In this document: one piece after another, positions 9,364-19,715 of the stretch
How positions within the stretch are numbered: position 1 is the stretch's first letter
How the letters are laid out: each line of letters begins with the position of its first letter
Origin: Streptosporangiaceae bacterium
GTDB lineage: Bacteria; Actinomycetota; Actinomycetes; Streptosporangiales; Streptosporangiaceae
Assembly: GCA_052146815.1 (NCBI GenBank)
Contig: JBKQMG010000114.1
Location: 1 to 45,370, forward strand
Direction of reading: 5' to 3'
Length of the DNA: 45,370 bases
Translations under genes and position numbers: made by a program
Notes under the pieces: generated by a model
What the model saw: only the letters and a program-made list of their open reading frames with translations
The model's database searches: none
What the model was told of the DNA's origin: nothing

Positions 9364-9598
9364 TCCGGGCCGCCTGCCGCCGTGGGCGGCTGCGGCCTCG
9401 GCTCGGCATCGGGCCGGAGCGTCGTCAGCTGGCCTGGTCACGGAGCCAGTCCAGCGCGGCCGCGCTGAAGCTGAGGAGTCGTACACGTGCAGCGAGCCGC
9501 GCTGCTCAGTTCCAGATCTGTCTCTGTCACCACCGGGCGAGCCTAATCACCGCTGCCGTGCTCGCGCCAGCCGGAAGCCGCACAGCTCAACGAGCGCG

Positions 9599-10393
9599 TC
9601 AGCCCAGGCCTGACCAGAGATAGCGGACGGCCACCGCCACCACCAGGATGCCCATCAGGCGCCGGATCAGCACGTCAGGGAGGCGGGACTGAATTCGCGC
9701 CCCGGTGTAGGCACCCGCGAGCCCGCCGAAGCCGAGGGCCAGGCCGGTGGGCCAGTCCGGAGCCACAGGTCCGTGCTGGTGGACCGACAGGATCGTGAAC
9801 GTAATGACGCCAGCCACCGAGGTCACGAACGTCGACGTCAGCGCCGCAGGAGCCACCTCGGACGGCGGCCGGCCGGTTGCGAGCAGCACGGGAGCGAGGA
9901 TCGATCCGCCGCCGATGCCGTAAATGCCGCCCACGCAGCCCACGGCGGCAGCGAGCAGGATCAGGACGCCACCAGGAATCGTCCTATCCGGACTGCTCAC
10001 GCCTGGCCTGCCCGGCGGCCGGGTGAGCGCCAGCCACAGTCCGAGCGGCAGCAAGACGGCCCCCACGACGAGGTCAAAGACCCGTGGCCCGGGCAGCAGT
10101 TCGACCCTGATGACCGAGCCGGCCACCACGCCGGGCACAGTGCCAGCGATAAGCACGAGCGCCAGGGTTCCGCCGGTCTGCCCCTGACGCCAGTAGCGGA
10201 ACAGCGCCCCCGGGGTGGCGACGACGTTATAGAGCAGGTTGGTCGGGGTGACAGCCGGACTCGGCGTGCCGAGGACGCTGACCTGAAACGGCAGCAGCAG
10301 CACCGCACCCGAAATCCCCGCTGGGGTGGCCAGTACCGCGATGGCAAAGGCCGCGCCCAGGGCAGCGAATTCCGTCCAGATCGGCCCGAGCAT
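9599..10393 (-). CDS. sulfite exporter TauE/SafE family membrane protein
   Basis: 264 aa, polytopic and very hydrophobic. The internal duplication and Gly-rich motifs of the TauE/SafE family (GIGGGSILAPVLL) are present. Confidence 0.8.
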   Translation of the reverse strand: MLGPIWTEFAALGAAFAIAVLATPAGISGAVLLLPFQVSVLGTPSPAVTPTNLLYNVVATPGALFRYWRQGQTGGTLALVLIAGTVPGVVAGSVIRVELLPGPRVFDLVVGAVLLPLGLWLALTRPPGRPGVSSPDRTIPGGVLILLAAAVGCVGGIYGIGGGSILAPVLLATGRPPSEVAPAALTSTFVTSVAGVITFTILSVHQHGPVAPDWPTGLALGFGGLAGAYTGARIQSRLPDVLIRRLMGILVVAVAVRYLWSGLG

Positions 10394-10801
10394 CCAGCCA
10401 ACCTAGCCAGGCCCCAGTCGGCATATCCGTCGATGACCGCCTAGTTGCGCAGGTCAACTGCGGCAGCCGTCTGCGGGCGCATCTGTCCGCCGGGCCGGGC
10501 GGCGCGGGAACGGCGGTTGAGCGCGATTGAGCTGACGGGGCTTGAGCGACGGAATCGGCGTGGGACCGCCGGCCGGACGGTCACCCGTGGCGGGTGAAGT
10601 GACCCGGGTCGGCGCACGGAACGCTGATGTGACTGACCGCCGGAACTGCGCGGCGGGCCGCGCCGAAGACGCGCCCGCGGCGGCGCAGGACCTGTCGCCC
10701 GGACCCAGCGGGCGGCGGATGCCCATACCACCGCACCCCGTGACAATGCGCAAACGAGCGCCCGCAGTACGGCACCGCCCTCACGACTATGGAGATATGA
10801 G

Positions 10802-12628
10802 ATGCCAGAGCCGGCCGCGAACGCCGCGCCGATCACTGCCGATTTCAGCGACCGCACTGACTTCGCCAATTCTGATCGCGGCTTCCTCGGGACACTCGAT
10901 CCGATGATCATCAAGGCGGCGGACGGTCGCGTGGTCTGGGACATGGACTCCTGGGAATTCCTGGATGGCCCCTGCCCCAAGACGGCTCACCCGAGCCTGT
11001 GGCGGCAGGCGCAGCTGACGGCCAGGCACGGACTGTATGAGGTGACCGATGGGATATACCAGGTCCGCGGGTTCGAGATGTCCAACATGACACTGGTCGA
11101 AAGCGAGCACGGCGTCATCGTCATCGACCCGCTGATCTCCCAGGAGGTCGCTGCCGCGGCCATCGCGCTTTACCGGCAGCATCGTGGCGACCGGCCCGTC
11201 ACCGCCGTCATTTACACCCACGCCCACTTGGATCACTTCGGCGGAGTGCTGGGCGTGGTCGGCGCCGACACCGACGTACCGATCCTCGCGCCCGAGCATT
11301 TCCTCGAGCATGCGGTGTCAGAAAACGTGTACGCCGGCACGGCGATGCTGCGCCGCAGTTACTACTACGCCGCCGTTTCGCTGCCCAAGAGCGCGACTGG
11401 CACACTGGGCATCGGCCTTGGTGCCGGCGGGTCAACCGGCACGCCAGGCTTGATCGCGCCGACCATCTACGTCACTCGAACAGGCCAGGAGGAGATGCTC
11501 GACGGTGTGCGCGTCGTCTTCCAGCTGACCCCCGCCACCGAGTGCCCGGCTGAGATGAACTTCTACTTTCCCGGCAAGCGGGCACTGTGCATGGCCGAGA
11601 ACGCGACCCACAACCTGCACAACCTGCTCACGCTGCGCGGCGCGCAGGTCCGCGACCCGAGGATCTGGTCCCGCTACCTGGCCGAGGCGATCGAACTGTT
11701 CGGCCGCCAGTCGGACGTGGCCTTCGCCTCGCACCACTGGCCAGCCTGGGGCACCGGCGAGATAGTCGGCTACCTGAGCCAGCAGCGAGACCTCTACGCC
11801 TACCTCCACGACCAGACGCTGCGGCTCATCAATCAGGGCTACATCCACAGCGAGATCGCCGAGATGATGGAAATGCCGCCCGGCCTTGACCGTGCCTGGC
11901 ACGCCCGCGGCTATTACGGATCGGCCAATCACAACGTCAAGGCCATCTACCAGCGATACCTAGGCTGGTATGACGCGAACCCCGCACACCTCTGGCAGCA
12001 CCCCCCGGAGGCCGCCGGGACACGGTACGTGCAAGCCCTGGGCGGGATCGAGAAGGCCGTGGCGAAGGCGGGGGAGTTCCTCGACCAGGGCGATCTGCGG
12101 TTCGCCGCGGAGCTAGCCAGCCATGCCGTGTTCGCCGAGCCCGGCGACGAGGCCGCGCGCGAACTACTCGCGTCGGCGCTCGAGCGCCTCGGCTACGGCG
12201 CAGAGAACGCGACCTGGCGCAACAGCTACCTTACCGGCGCGCATGAGCTGCGGACCGGCACGATCGAACACACCGAGGTCAGCAGCGCGGGCCTGGCACC
12301 CGCACTGACCATTACTCAGCTCTTCGACTCACTCGCTATCCGTGTTAACGGCCCGAAAGCATGGGAAGAGGGCCTGTCGATCGGCTGGCATTTCACGGAC
12401 GTGCACGAGAACTACCGGATGGAACTCAGCAACGGCGCGCTCATCCATTTCCCGACGCCTGACAATCGGCCTGCGGACCTGACGGTGACCCTGACCAGGC
12501 CCCAGCTGCTGGCGCTCGCGGGCGGCCAGCTGGACGGCATCGCGATGTCCGGGGACCCCGGCGTGCTGCGGCGGCTGACGTCGCTGATCGACAGCCCTGA
12601 TCCCGACTTCGCGATCGTCACCCCCTGA
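10802..12628 (+). CDS. alkyl/aryl-sulfatase, metallo-beta-lactamase fold (SdsA1/Bds1-like)
   Basis: 608 aa. The MBL metal-binding motif is YTHAHLDHFGG. Downstream lie the dimerisation and SCP-2-like C-terminal region typical of SdsA1-type alkylsulfatases. A GGAG RBS is present and no signal peptide is seen. Confidence 0.8.
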   Translation: MPEPAANAAPITADFSDRTDFANSDRGFLGTLDPMIIKAADGRVVWDMDSWEFLDGPCPKTAHPSLWRQAQLTARHGLYEVTDGIYQVRGFEMSNMTLVESEHGVIVIDPLISQEVAAAAIALYRQHRGDRPVTAVIYTHAHLDHFGGVLGVVGADTDVPILAPEHFLEHAVSENVYAGTAMLRRSYYYAAVSLPKSATGTLGIGLGAGGSTGTPGLIAPTIYVTRTGQEEMLDGVRVVFQLTPATECPAEMNFYFPGKRALCMAENATHNLHNLLTLRGAQVRDPRIWSRYLAEAIELFGRQSDVAFASHHWPAWGTGEIVGYLSQQRDLYAYLHDQTLRLINQGYIHSEIAEMMEMPPGLDRAWHARGYYGSANHNVKAIYQRYLGWYDANPAHLWQHPPEAAGTRYVQALGGIEKAVAKAGEFLDQGDLRFAAELASHAVFAEPGDEAARELLASALERLGYGAENATWRNSYLTGAHELRTGTIEHTEVSSAGLAPALTITQLFDSLAIRVNGPKAWEEGLSIGWHFTDVHENYRMELSNGALIHFPTPDNRPADLTVTLTRPQLLALAGGQLDGIAMSGDPGVLRRLTSLIDSPDPDFAIVTP

Positions 12629-12667
12629 CGGGCGCTTGCGCGCTAAGGCTGCCTAGCTCCGGACACT

Positions 12668-13518
12668 AGGAAATGAGCTCGGCGGGCACCTGCAGCTCGT
12701 CGCGGGCGTAGAGGTCCGCGACGGCGGACGGCTCGCCGGCGGCGCACACGGCGGCGATCGTGTCGAGCACATCGTCGTAGTCGGCGCCGGTCTCGCCCCG
12801 GTAGGACGCCTCCATGCGCGCCACTCATCCCACGGGAGCATCTCGACCTTGTTCAGCGCGGCGAGGTCCCTGATCGCATTGCCGCGGATCTCCCCCGGCC
12901 CCCAGTTCTGGGTCCCGTAGACACCGAACCGGGCGGCGTCGATGCGGCCCGCCCGGAATGCCGCCCACGCCTCGCCGCCGGTGAGGAACTCGCCGTCACG
13001 CAGATCTTCCGTGTGCACCAGGACCTGCTGTCCGACGACCTCGGAGTCGATCCGCACCCACCGGCTGTCGTCGCTGCTCCTGTACTCGGTGATCCAGTGG
13101 TCGAGACCCTGGCCAGGCTGGAAATAGGTGGCGAAGCCGCAGCGGGCCCGCGCGGCGATCCCGCGGTAGCGCAGCAGCGCGCAGCTCAGCACGGCGAAGT
13201 GGCGGCACGTGCCGATCACCCGCCGGCCCGGCTCGCGGATCGCATCCACGGCGCCGGATCCAGGGCCAGTAACGCGCTGATCAGGCGGCCGACCGGGCGA
13301 ATCTGGTTCTCCGCGAGCCGCTCCCCAGGCGTTCCGAGGGCGGTGGCCTCACCGGGCTGGATGACCAGGCCGTGCACGGGCCGGCAGATCCCGGCGGCGT
13401 CGCGCGGAAGAGGCTCCAGCGCGGCCGCGCTGACATCCTCAAGGCTGGTCAGCGGACCAGCCACGGTGTAATCGATCGGATCGGTCATGCCGGGAACATA
13501 GGCGCCGGGTCCCGACAT
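12668..13518 (-). pseudogene. transglutaminase-like (Cys-protease-like) domain protein, disrupted by at least two frameshifts
   Basis: Three consecutive protein-like segments lie in different frames. They are an N-terminal 100-aa ORF (13216-13518), a core VIGTCRHFAVLSCALLRYRGIAARARCGF (a transglutaminase-core Cys motif), and a C-terminus MEASYRGETGADYDDVLDTIAAVCAAGEPSAVADLYARDELQVPAELIS. Frame switches fall near 13225-13250 and 12810-12825. Confidence 0.5.
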
Positions 13519-13530
13519 CCGGGCGCCCGC

Positions 13531-14940
13531 TTACAGGTGACTGAAGCCGGCGGATTCTTCTTTCGTCATGGGGACGGTGACGGGGTGCTTGGAGAAGTGG
13601 GCGATGGAGTCGCGGAAGTCGTCGAGGAGGAGATCGGCCATGTCCTGGCTGACGCCAAGGCGGACCAGGATCCGCTGGACGGGGATGTCGGAGGCGGTCC
13701 CGGTGAGGGTGTAGGCGGGCACCTGCCAGCCGCGTGCGCGCAGCCGGTCGGCCAGGTCGAAGAGGGTGTAGCCGGGGTCCTCGCCCTCGCGGATTCGCCA
13801 GGTGACCGTGGGAATCCCGGTAGCAGGGTTGCTGTCGCACAGCAGCTCGAAGGGCCCGAGCTTGACGATCTCGGTGGCGAGGTACTGCCCGATCGCGTAG
13901 GACGCGTTGTGGATCCGCTGGTAGCCCTCGAAGCCGAGGCGCAGGAAGTTGTAGTACTGGGCGACGATCTGGCCGGCCGGGCGGGAGAAGTTGATCTGGA
14001 AGACCGGCATGTCGCCGCCGAGGTAGTTGACGTGGAAGATCAGGTCGTCGGGGAGCTCGGCGGCGTCGCGCCAGAGCACCCAGCCCACGCCGAGCGGGGC
14101 CAGGCCGAACTTGTGCCCCGAGGTGCTGATCGACTTAACCCGCGGCAGCCGGAAGTCGAAGACGACATCGGGCGCGCAGAACGGGGCGAGGAACGCGCCG
14201 CTGGCCCCGTCCACATGAATATCGACATCAAGGCCGGTATCGGCCTGCAGCTGGTCGAGGGCCTTGGACATGGCCTCGACCGGCTCATAAGCGCCGGTGT
14301 AGGTGACGCCGAAGGTAGGAACAACCATGATCGTGTTCTCGTCGACCCGCTCCAGCATCGATGCCGGGTCCATGGCGTAGGTGCCATGGGACATCGGCAC
14401 CTCGCGCATTTCGATGTCCCAGTAGCGGGCGAACTTGTGCCACACCACCTGCACCGGGCCGCACACCATGTTCGGCTTGTCTGCCGGCTTGCCCTGCGCC
14501 TGCCGCCGGGCCCGCCACCGCCACTTGGCGGCCATGCCGGCCAGCATGCAGGCCTCCGACGAGCCGATCGCCGAGGCGCCCACGCTGTTAGCCGAGTCAG
14601 GCGCGTGCCACAGGTCAGCCAGCATGTGCACGCAGCGCCGCTCGACTTCCGCAGTCTGCGGATACTCGTCCTTGTCGATCATGTTCTTGTTCACCGACAG
14701 GGCCATCAGGGCCATGACCTCGGGCTCGGCCCAGGTCTGGCAGAAAGTGGCCAGGTTCTGTCGGGCGTTGCCGTCGAGCATCAGCTCGTCGGCCACCACC
14801 TGGAACGCCTCCCCCGGCACCGTCTCGTCCTTCGGGAACCGGTACTTAGGCACTGGCCTGGTGAGGTCCCGGCCTGCGAAGACGCAGTCTTCCATCTGCT
14901 CGCGGACAGTCTCGCGCTCGTGCAACGGCATGATCGGCAT
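13531..14940 (-). CDS. gadB: glutamate decarboxylase (PLP-dependent)
   Basis: 469 aa. The PLP-lysine motif is [22 protein letters not shown]. The protein looks like Gad group II decarboxylases along its full length. Confidence 0.9.
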   Translation of the reverse strand: MPIMPLHERETVREQMEDCVFAGRDLTRPVPKYRFPKDETVPGEAFQVVADELMLDGNARQNLATFCQTWAEPEVMALMALSVNKNMIDKDEYPQTAEVERRCVHMLADLWHAPDSANSVGASAIGSSEACMLAGMAAKWRWRARRQAQGKPADKPNMVCGPVQVVWHKFARYWDIEMREVPMSHGTYAMDPASMLERVDENTIMVVPTFGVTYTGAYEPVEAMSKALDQLQADTGLDVDIHVDGASGAFLAPFCAPDVVFDFRLPRVKSISTSGHKFGLAPLGVGWVLWRDAAELPDDLIFHVNYLGGDMPVFQINFSRPAGQIVAQYYNFLRLGFEGYQRIHNASYAIGQYLATEIVKLGPFELLCDSNPATGIPTVTWRIREGEDPGYTLFDLADRLRARGWQVPAYTLTGTASDIPVQRILVRLGVSQDMADLLLDDFRDSIAHFSKHPVTVPMTKEESAGFSHL

Positions 14941-15086
14941 CTCCTTGATCGGGACTGCTCACTCGATGCTGCCGGCCGGCGGCCGCCGGCGTCGTCACCC
15001 ACCGCGAGTGAGTTCGGCGGATCCGCAGCAAATCCGCTCGTCAGCGCCTCCCCGCTCCGGTCGTCACCGCATCCGCCCGCCGTGAC

Positions 15087-15320
15087 CTAAGCGTGCCGCG
15101 GGGCGACGGCGCGCCGATCCCTGACCAGGTAGGCGGTTATCAGCGCGGGGAAGAACAGAAACAGGCTGAAGATGAAGAACAGCAGCCAGCTGTGGCCTTT
15201 GCGCCGGGCCACGCGGGCAGGCCAGAAGGCCAGCGCGATCAAGACCACCAGGCACACTATGGCGAATATCGTCCAGCCCAGGTCTGACACGGCAGGCCTC
15301 CCGCTGAGTGCGTTGCCCAT
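15087..15320 (-). CDS. small two-TM membrane protein (superinfection-immunity-like fold guess)
   Basis: 77 aa from MGNALSG. It has two hydrophobic helices separated by ARVARRKGHSW, and sits divergent from the pmt gene. Confidence 0.35.
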   Translation of the reverse strand: MGNALSGRPAVSDLGWTIFAIVCLVVLIALAFWPARVARRKGHSWLLFFIFSLFLFFPALITAYLVRDRRAVAPRHA

Positions 15321-15439
15321 CCGGCTGTTCCCGGATATCTCGCGGACCAGGCCCGCACATCCAGCAAATGCGCTCCGGGCCCGGATTGACTCACCCGCCA
15401 CGGGTGGGACGTTGCCGCCGCGTCATAAGATCGCGGGTG

Positions 15440-17011
15440 ATGAGGTCCGACACCGAGCCGGGCGCGGGGACTACCGGCAACCTGGCCGCCGAGGCGCGAA
15501 GCCGGCTGGTTCCCCCGATGCCCGGCAGTGCGTTCTGGGGGTGGGCCGGGCCGCTGGTGGTGACGGCCTTCGGTGCGTTTCTGCGCTTTGACCGGCTCAG
15601 TATCCCGCACGCCGTCGTGTTCGACGAGACCTACTACGTCCCCGACGCCTACGGGATCCTGAAGCACGGCGTCGAGATCACCCACGTAACAGACTCGAAC
15701 GCGCTGCTGGCCCGCGGAGCCACGAATGTCCTGCTGGGCACCAAGGCGGAGTACGTGGCCCATCCGCCGCTGGGCAAGATCATGATCGCGGCCGGCGAGT
15801 GGCTGTTCGGCCTGACTCCGTTCGGCTGGCGTTTCGCGGTGGCCGTCGTCGGCTCGCTGGCCATCTTGATGACGGCCCGGATCACGCGCAGGATGACCCG
15901 CTCGACGCTGCTGGGCTGCGTCGCGGGGCTGCTGCTGGCGCTGGACGGGCTGGAGTTCGTGCTGAGCCGGACCGCGGTCCTCGACATCTTCGTCATGTTC
16001 TGGGTACTGGCCGCCTTCGGGCTGCTCGTCATCGACCGGGACCACACCAGAGCCCGGCTGGCCGAGGCCGCCGCACGCGCGGGCCCTGGTCAGGGCGCCA
16101 CCCCGCGCCTCGGCGTCCGCTGGCTGCGGCTGCTCGCCGGCATCTGCCTGGGCCTGGCCTGCGCCGCCAAATGGAACGGCGTCTGGTACATCCCGGCGTT
16201 TGCCTGCCTGGTCGTCGCCTGGGACCTTGGTGTCCGCCGGGCCGCCGGATTCGGCGACCGGCGGCGCGGCGTGCTGCGCAGCGACGCGCTGTGGCTGCCG
16301 GTGTGGTTCGTGATCGCCCCGGCGGCCGCGTACGTGGCGTCCTGGAGCGGCTGGTTCGCCTCGAGCTACGGGTATGACCGCAGCGGCGCGCAGCTGAACG
16401 GTGGCCATCCCACGTCCACCATCATGGCCTGGCTGCAGTACAACAAGTCGATGCTCAGCTTCGGCCTGGGGCTGAAGACCTATCAGACCTATCGCTCGAA
16501 TCCGCTGGGCTGGCTCGTCCTGGCCCGGCCGGTCTCGTTCTACTCGATCTGCCTTCCGGCCCACGGCTGCGGCACAGCGCCCGGCTCCACCGAGCAGGAA
16601 GTGCTGGCCATCGGCACCCCGCTGATCTGGTGGGGCGCCACCGCAGCGCTGATTATCTGCCTGGCCTGGTGGGTTACCCGGCGGGACTGGCGGGCGGGCT
16701 CGCTGCTGCTGGCCGTCGCCTTCGGCTGGCTGCCGTGGATCTGGTTCTCCTGGCACGATCATCGCACCGAGTTCTTCTACTACGCCGTGACCTTCGAGCC
16801 GTTCCTGGTCATGGCCCTGGCCCTGTGCATCGGGCTGATCATCGGACCGCAGCGGGCGACCGTCACCCGGCGCACCGTCGGCGCGGTGATCACTGCCGTC
16901 TACCTGGCCGCAGTGCTCGCCAACTTCGCCTATCTGTATCCGATCCTGGCTGCCCGGGTCATCCCGTACACGTCCTGGCTGTCGCGGATGTGGTTTCACA
17001 GCTGGATCTGA
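15440..17011 (+). CDS. pmt: dolichyl-phosphate-mannose--protein O-mannosyltransferase (GT39, Pmt)
   Basis: The N-terminal loop with the DE motif (VVFDETYYVPDAYG) is present, with about 10 TM segments and a PMT-like C-terminal region. An ATG at 15440 is chosen as the start. Confidence 0.8.
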   Translation: MRSDTEPGAGTTGNLAAEARSRLVPPMPGSAFWGWAGPLVVTAFGAFLRFDRLSIPHAVVFDETYYVPDAYGILKHGVEITHVTDSNALLARGATNVLLGTKAEYVAHPPLGKIMIAAGEWLFGLTPFGWRFAVAVVGSLAILMTARITRRMTRSTLLGCVAGLLLALDGLEFVLSRTAVLDIFVMFWVLAAFGLLVIDRDHTRARLAEAAARAGPGQGATPRLGVRWLRLLAGICLGLACAAKWNGVWYIPAFACLVVAWDLGVRRAAGFGDRRRGVLRSDALWLPVWFVIAPAAAYVASWSGWFASSYGYDRSGAQLNGGHPTSTIMAWLQYNKSMLSFGLGLKTYQTYRSNPLGWLVLARPVSFYSICLPAHGCGTAPGSTEQEVLAIGTPLIWWGATAALIICLAWWVTRRDWRAGSLLLAVAFGWLPWIWFSWHDHRTEFFYYAVTFEPFLVMALALCIGLIIGPQRATVTRRTVGAVITAVYLAAVLANFAYLYPILAARVIPYTSWLSRMWFHSWI

Positions 17012-17069
17012 GCACCGCCTGCGGCCGGGGATTCATCTGGCTGCCCGTCAGCCACCCGCTGCGGGCGGC

Positions 17070-17552
17070 CTACCTGGCGTGCCGGCCGGCCGGATTGCGG
17101 GCCGCGATCGTCGCGTTGAGGACGAGCGCGAAGGCATTCCAGCCGAGATACGGGACCAGGACCAGGGCCGCCTTCCGGTCGGACCGGGCCACTTCCCTGG
17201 CCAGCACGACGGTGGATGCTTCCAGGCCGCCGATCACCGCCGCCCCGGCCGCGGGACGATGCGCCCGGAAGAACACCCAGGGCCACGCCGCGTTGAGGCA
17301 CAGGTTCACGGCGAGAGCCGTCGCCAGGCGCCGCCGCTGCGGCCGGTCGGCCCGGTTCCAGGCCAGCCCGGTCGCGCCCGCGATCGAGGCGTAGAGCACA
17401 GTCCAGACCTGGCCGATCACCGGCCCCGGCGGCTGCCAGGCCGGCAGCTCCAGCCGCCGGTACCAGCGGCTCTGCACATCGGTCGCCGCGCCGCCGATCA
17501 CTGCGGCGGCGGCGGTCGCGGCCCCGGTTGCGAGGAACGTCTTCTTGGCCAT
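17070..17552 (-). CDS. tspO: TspO/MBR family tryptophan-rich sensory protein
   Basis: 160 aa with five TM segments and Trp-rich motifs (AWPWVFF, YLGWNAFALVLN). Confidence 0.8.
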   Translation of the reverse strand: MAKKTFLATGAATAAAAVIGGAATDVQSRWYRRLELPAWQPPGPVIGQVWTVLYASIAGATGLAWNRADRPQRRRLATALAVNLCLNAAWPWVFFRAHRPAAGAAVIGGLEASTVVLAREVARSDRKAALVLVPYLGWNAFALVLNATIAARNPAGRHAR

Positions 17553-17799
17553 GGCCCGAATCCTGCCCGGCCGGGTCAGCCATGAACCGCTCCGAGGCCC
17601 GGCACTGCTCCCCGCAGCGGGGCGGGCCGGTACCTCGGAGTGGTCCTGCTATTGGCGAGCTTGCGCAGGGCTGAGGCGACGGCGGGCCGCCGGCCGCCCG
17701 AGTAGAGCCGCGACAAGATCGACCATAAGCAGCTAAACAGGAATCCGGAAGCAGCCGGTGAACTCCTCGCGAATTCAGCGCGAAAGTGCCTCGCGACCC

Positions 17800-18618
17800 T
17801 TACCGGGCCGGGTGCAGCCGGCGGCGCTGCCGCTCGTCCTCGTCCCGCAGCCAGCCGCTGAGCCGGGGGTCGCTGCCGGGCTCACCGCGCTCAAGGCCGT
17901 CCAGGTAGGCGAGGTCGGCGGCGATCCGGCGCCGGAACTCAGCCGCTTCGCCGACGCTGCCGTGGCCGGGGATGACCTGGCGGACGCCGGGCACTGCGGC
18001 GAGCGCCGCCAGCCCCGTCCGGTAGTCGCCGGCCGGATCGCGCGGGCCGCTCCTGCGCGGCCCGGCGCCGATCCGTGCCGGGCCGGCCAGTCCGGTATCA
18101 AGCAGCGGGATCTCGGTGTCGGAGCACATGTCCCCGGCTACCAGCGTGCCGGTGGCGGGCAGGAACACCGCGCAGTGACCGGGCGCGTGGCCGTCGTGGC
18201 TGATCAGTACCGCCTCCGGCCCGGGCCAGGGAACGGCCGAAGCGCCGGGCGCCAGCGCGGTGAGGCGCGCGAAAAGGCGCGCGTCATGGCCGGGGGCTTC
18301 GCGTTCTGCCTCGCCGAGCAGGATGTCTCGCGTGGCGGCCGCCGCGCGGACGGCACGCGGGGTGGCGTACCGGGGCACGTCACCGAGCGAGCGGCTCCAG
18401 AGCAGATGATCCCAGTGCGGGTGCGTGGCGAAGCCGGCCTCCGGCCGCAGCCCGGCCTCGTCGAGGTCCGCCGCCAGCGCGCTGATCTCGGCCGGGGTCA
18501 CGGCCGGGTCGATGACCAGGCAGCATCCGGCGTCTCCGGTCACCACCGTGGTGTTGGTGCGGTAGAGCGCGGCGGTAGCGACAAGGACGCCGGGGGCCAT
18601 CTCCCTGAGGCGGTTCAT
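17800..18618 (-). CDS. MBL-fold metallo-hydrolase
   Basis: An HxHxDH-type motif (ATHPHWDHL) and downstream His/Asp ligands (PGHG) are present. The start is assigned to MNRLREM at 18618. Confidence 0.7.
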   Translation of the reverse strand: MNRLREMAPGVLVATAALYRTNTTVVTGDAGCCLVIDPAVTPAEISALAADLDEAGLRPEAGFATHPHWDHLLWSRSLGDVPRYATPRAVRAAAATRDILLGEAEREAPGHDARLFARLTALAPGASAVPWPGPEAVLISHDGHAPGHCAVFLPATGTLVAGDMCSDTEIPLLDTGLAGPARIGAGPRRSGPRDPAGDYRTGLAALAAVPGVRQVIPGHGSVGEAAEFRRRIAADLAYLDGLERGEPGSDPRLSGWLRDEDERQRRRLHPAR

Positions 18619-18629
18619 TCTGACAGCAT

Positions 18630-18664
18630 GATGCCCTCTCCGCCGTGGCGGCGGAGAGGGCATC
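18630..18664. terminator. perfect 16-bp stem / 3-nt loop hairpin (gatgccctctccgccg-tgg-cggcggagagggcatc)
   Basis: Seen directly downstream of the stop of the secreted-protein gene 18724-19428 on the minus strand. Confidence 0.6.
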
Positions 18665-18723
18665 TGCTGACCGCTGCCCGGCCGGGCGGCCTTGCGCGAC
18701 CGCCCGGCCCGGACGACGGTTTC

Positions 18724-19428
18724 CTAGTGGCGGGCGATCGGGGTGATGGTACCCGGGAAGGCAAGCCACAGCTGAGCGTTGGCAATGTCGCTGGTCGAGT
18801 AGGTCTGCAGACGCTGGGTGGTGGCCTGGGTCCAGTACGGCGTACCCGCGGTCAGCACCTGCGGCTGGCTGAAGTTGGTCGTCGACCCGGCGATGATCGG
18901 GAAGTAACCGTCAGAGTTCGGGTCGGCTGCGGCGTCGTTGGTGTCAACCACCCACACCGTGTTGGCGCCGTTGCCGCACTCCTGCAGCGTGACCTTGAGC
19001 CCGTTCTTCGCCGGGCTGCGGGTACCCGCGCACAGCCCGGTGTTGACGCCGTACGGCGACCACTGAGCCTCGAACGCGGGCTCGTTGCCGTAGTGGAACG
19101 CGAGGTTCCCGCTCACCAGGCCGTAGTGGTAGAACTTCCACACGCTGCCCTGGAAGTAGCTGGTCCAGTCCTGGCCCGGGTTGGCGTTGTCGGCCTGGCG
19201 CAGGTTGACCTTCGCGCCCACCGACGAGCCCGGCGTGCTGAGGATCACGTTCGGTCCCCACTTGGCGTTGTACGGGTTGTAGCAGCTGCCCCCGCACGGC
19301 GGCGTGGCGTCTGGCTTTACCTTGGCGGTGGCCGCGCTGGCGGCACCGGCCCCGATCAGGCCGAGCGACGTGACGACAGCCACGCCAGCGGCCATGCCAT
19401 AGAACGCCCTTGCAAAGCGGTTGTGCAT
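18724..19428 (-). CDS. secreted protein of unknown function, possibly ricin-B-like beta-trefoil (QxW motifs); paralog A
   Basis: A signal peptide ends in AASAATA, and the mature N-terminus begins KPDATPPCG. Motifs QDW, AQW and QLW are present together with conserved Cys. The protein is about 40 percent identical by eye to the ORF at 19716-20408. Confidence 0.55.
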   Translation of the reverse strand: MHNRFARAFYGMAAGVAVVTSLGLIGAGAASAATAKVKPDATPPCGGSCYNPYNAKWGPNVILSTPGSSVGAKVNLRQADNANPGQDWTSYFQGSVWKFYHYGLVSGNLAFHYGNEPAFEAQWSPYGVNTGLCAGTRSPAKNGLKVTLQECGNGANTVWVVDTNDAAADPNSDGYFPIIAGSTTNFSQPQVLTAGTPYWTQATTQRLQTYSTSDIANAQLWLAFPGTITPIARH

Positions 19429-19715
19429 GGTGCTTCCTTCCTGTCGTTTGCCGGGCCGACGTACCCTCTCCCGGTGGCCTGGGCGGTCAAGCTCGGGTCG
19501 GCGCGGCCTGACTGCATGCTGGCTTTAGTCGCCCTGAGTAATCCCGCCCTGCCAGTCAGTAACTGCACGTTACCACGGGTGGCCGATTAGTTACAGAAAG
19601 CAACACGGTTTGGCCCTCGAAAGGTTTCCCCGCGGAAAGGACGGGTAGCGGATGACCGGCTGAGCCCGTCAGGGCAGCTCCCGCAATGCGGCCACGTGAG
19701 CGCTCGGATGACCGG

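Noticed and set aside
10441-10980. 179-aa minus-strand ORF and 121-aa plus-strand ORF in the TauE-sulfatase intergenic region
   Set aside because: They overlap the sulfatase start and the divergent promoter region. They are Arg/Pro/Ser-rich with no domain, so probably not genes.
13372-15090. 572-aa ORF on the plus strand
   Set aside because: It is antisense to the well-supported glutamate decarboxylase gene. Its translation is low-complexity Gly/Arg/Pro-rich, as is typical of out-of-frame GC-rich DNA.
15257-16999. 580-aa minus-strand ORF
   Set aside because: It is antisense to the pmt gene. The composition is dominated by Arg/Gly/Pro/Asp and no domain is recognisable.
17758-19590. 610-aa plus-strand ORF
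   Set aside because: It is antisense to the MBL hydrolase and secreted paralog A and looks like non-protein low-complexity sequence.
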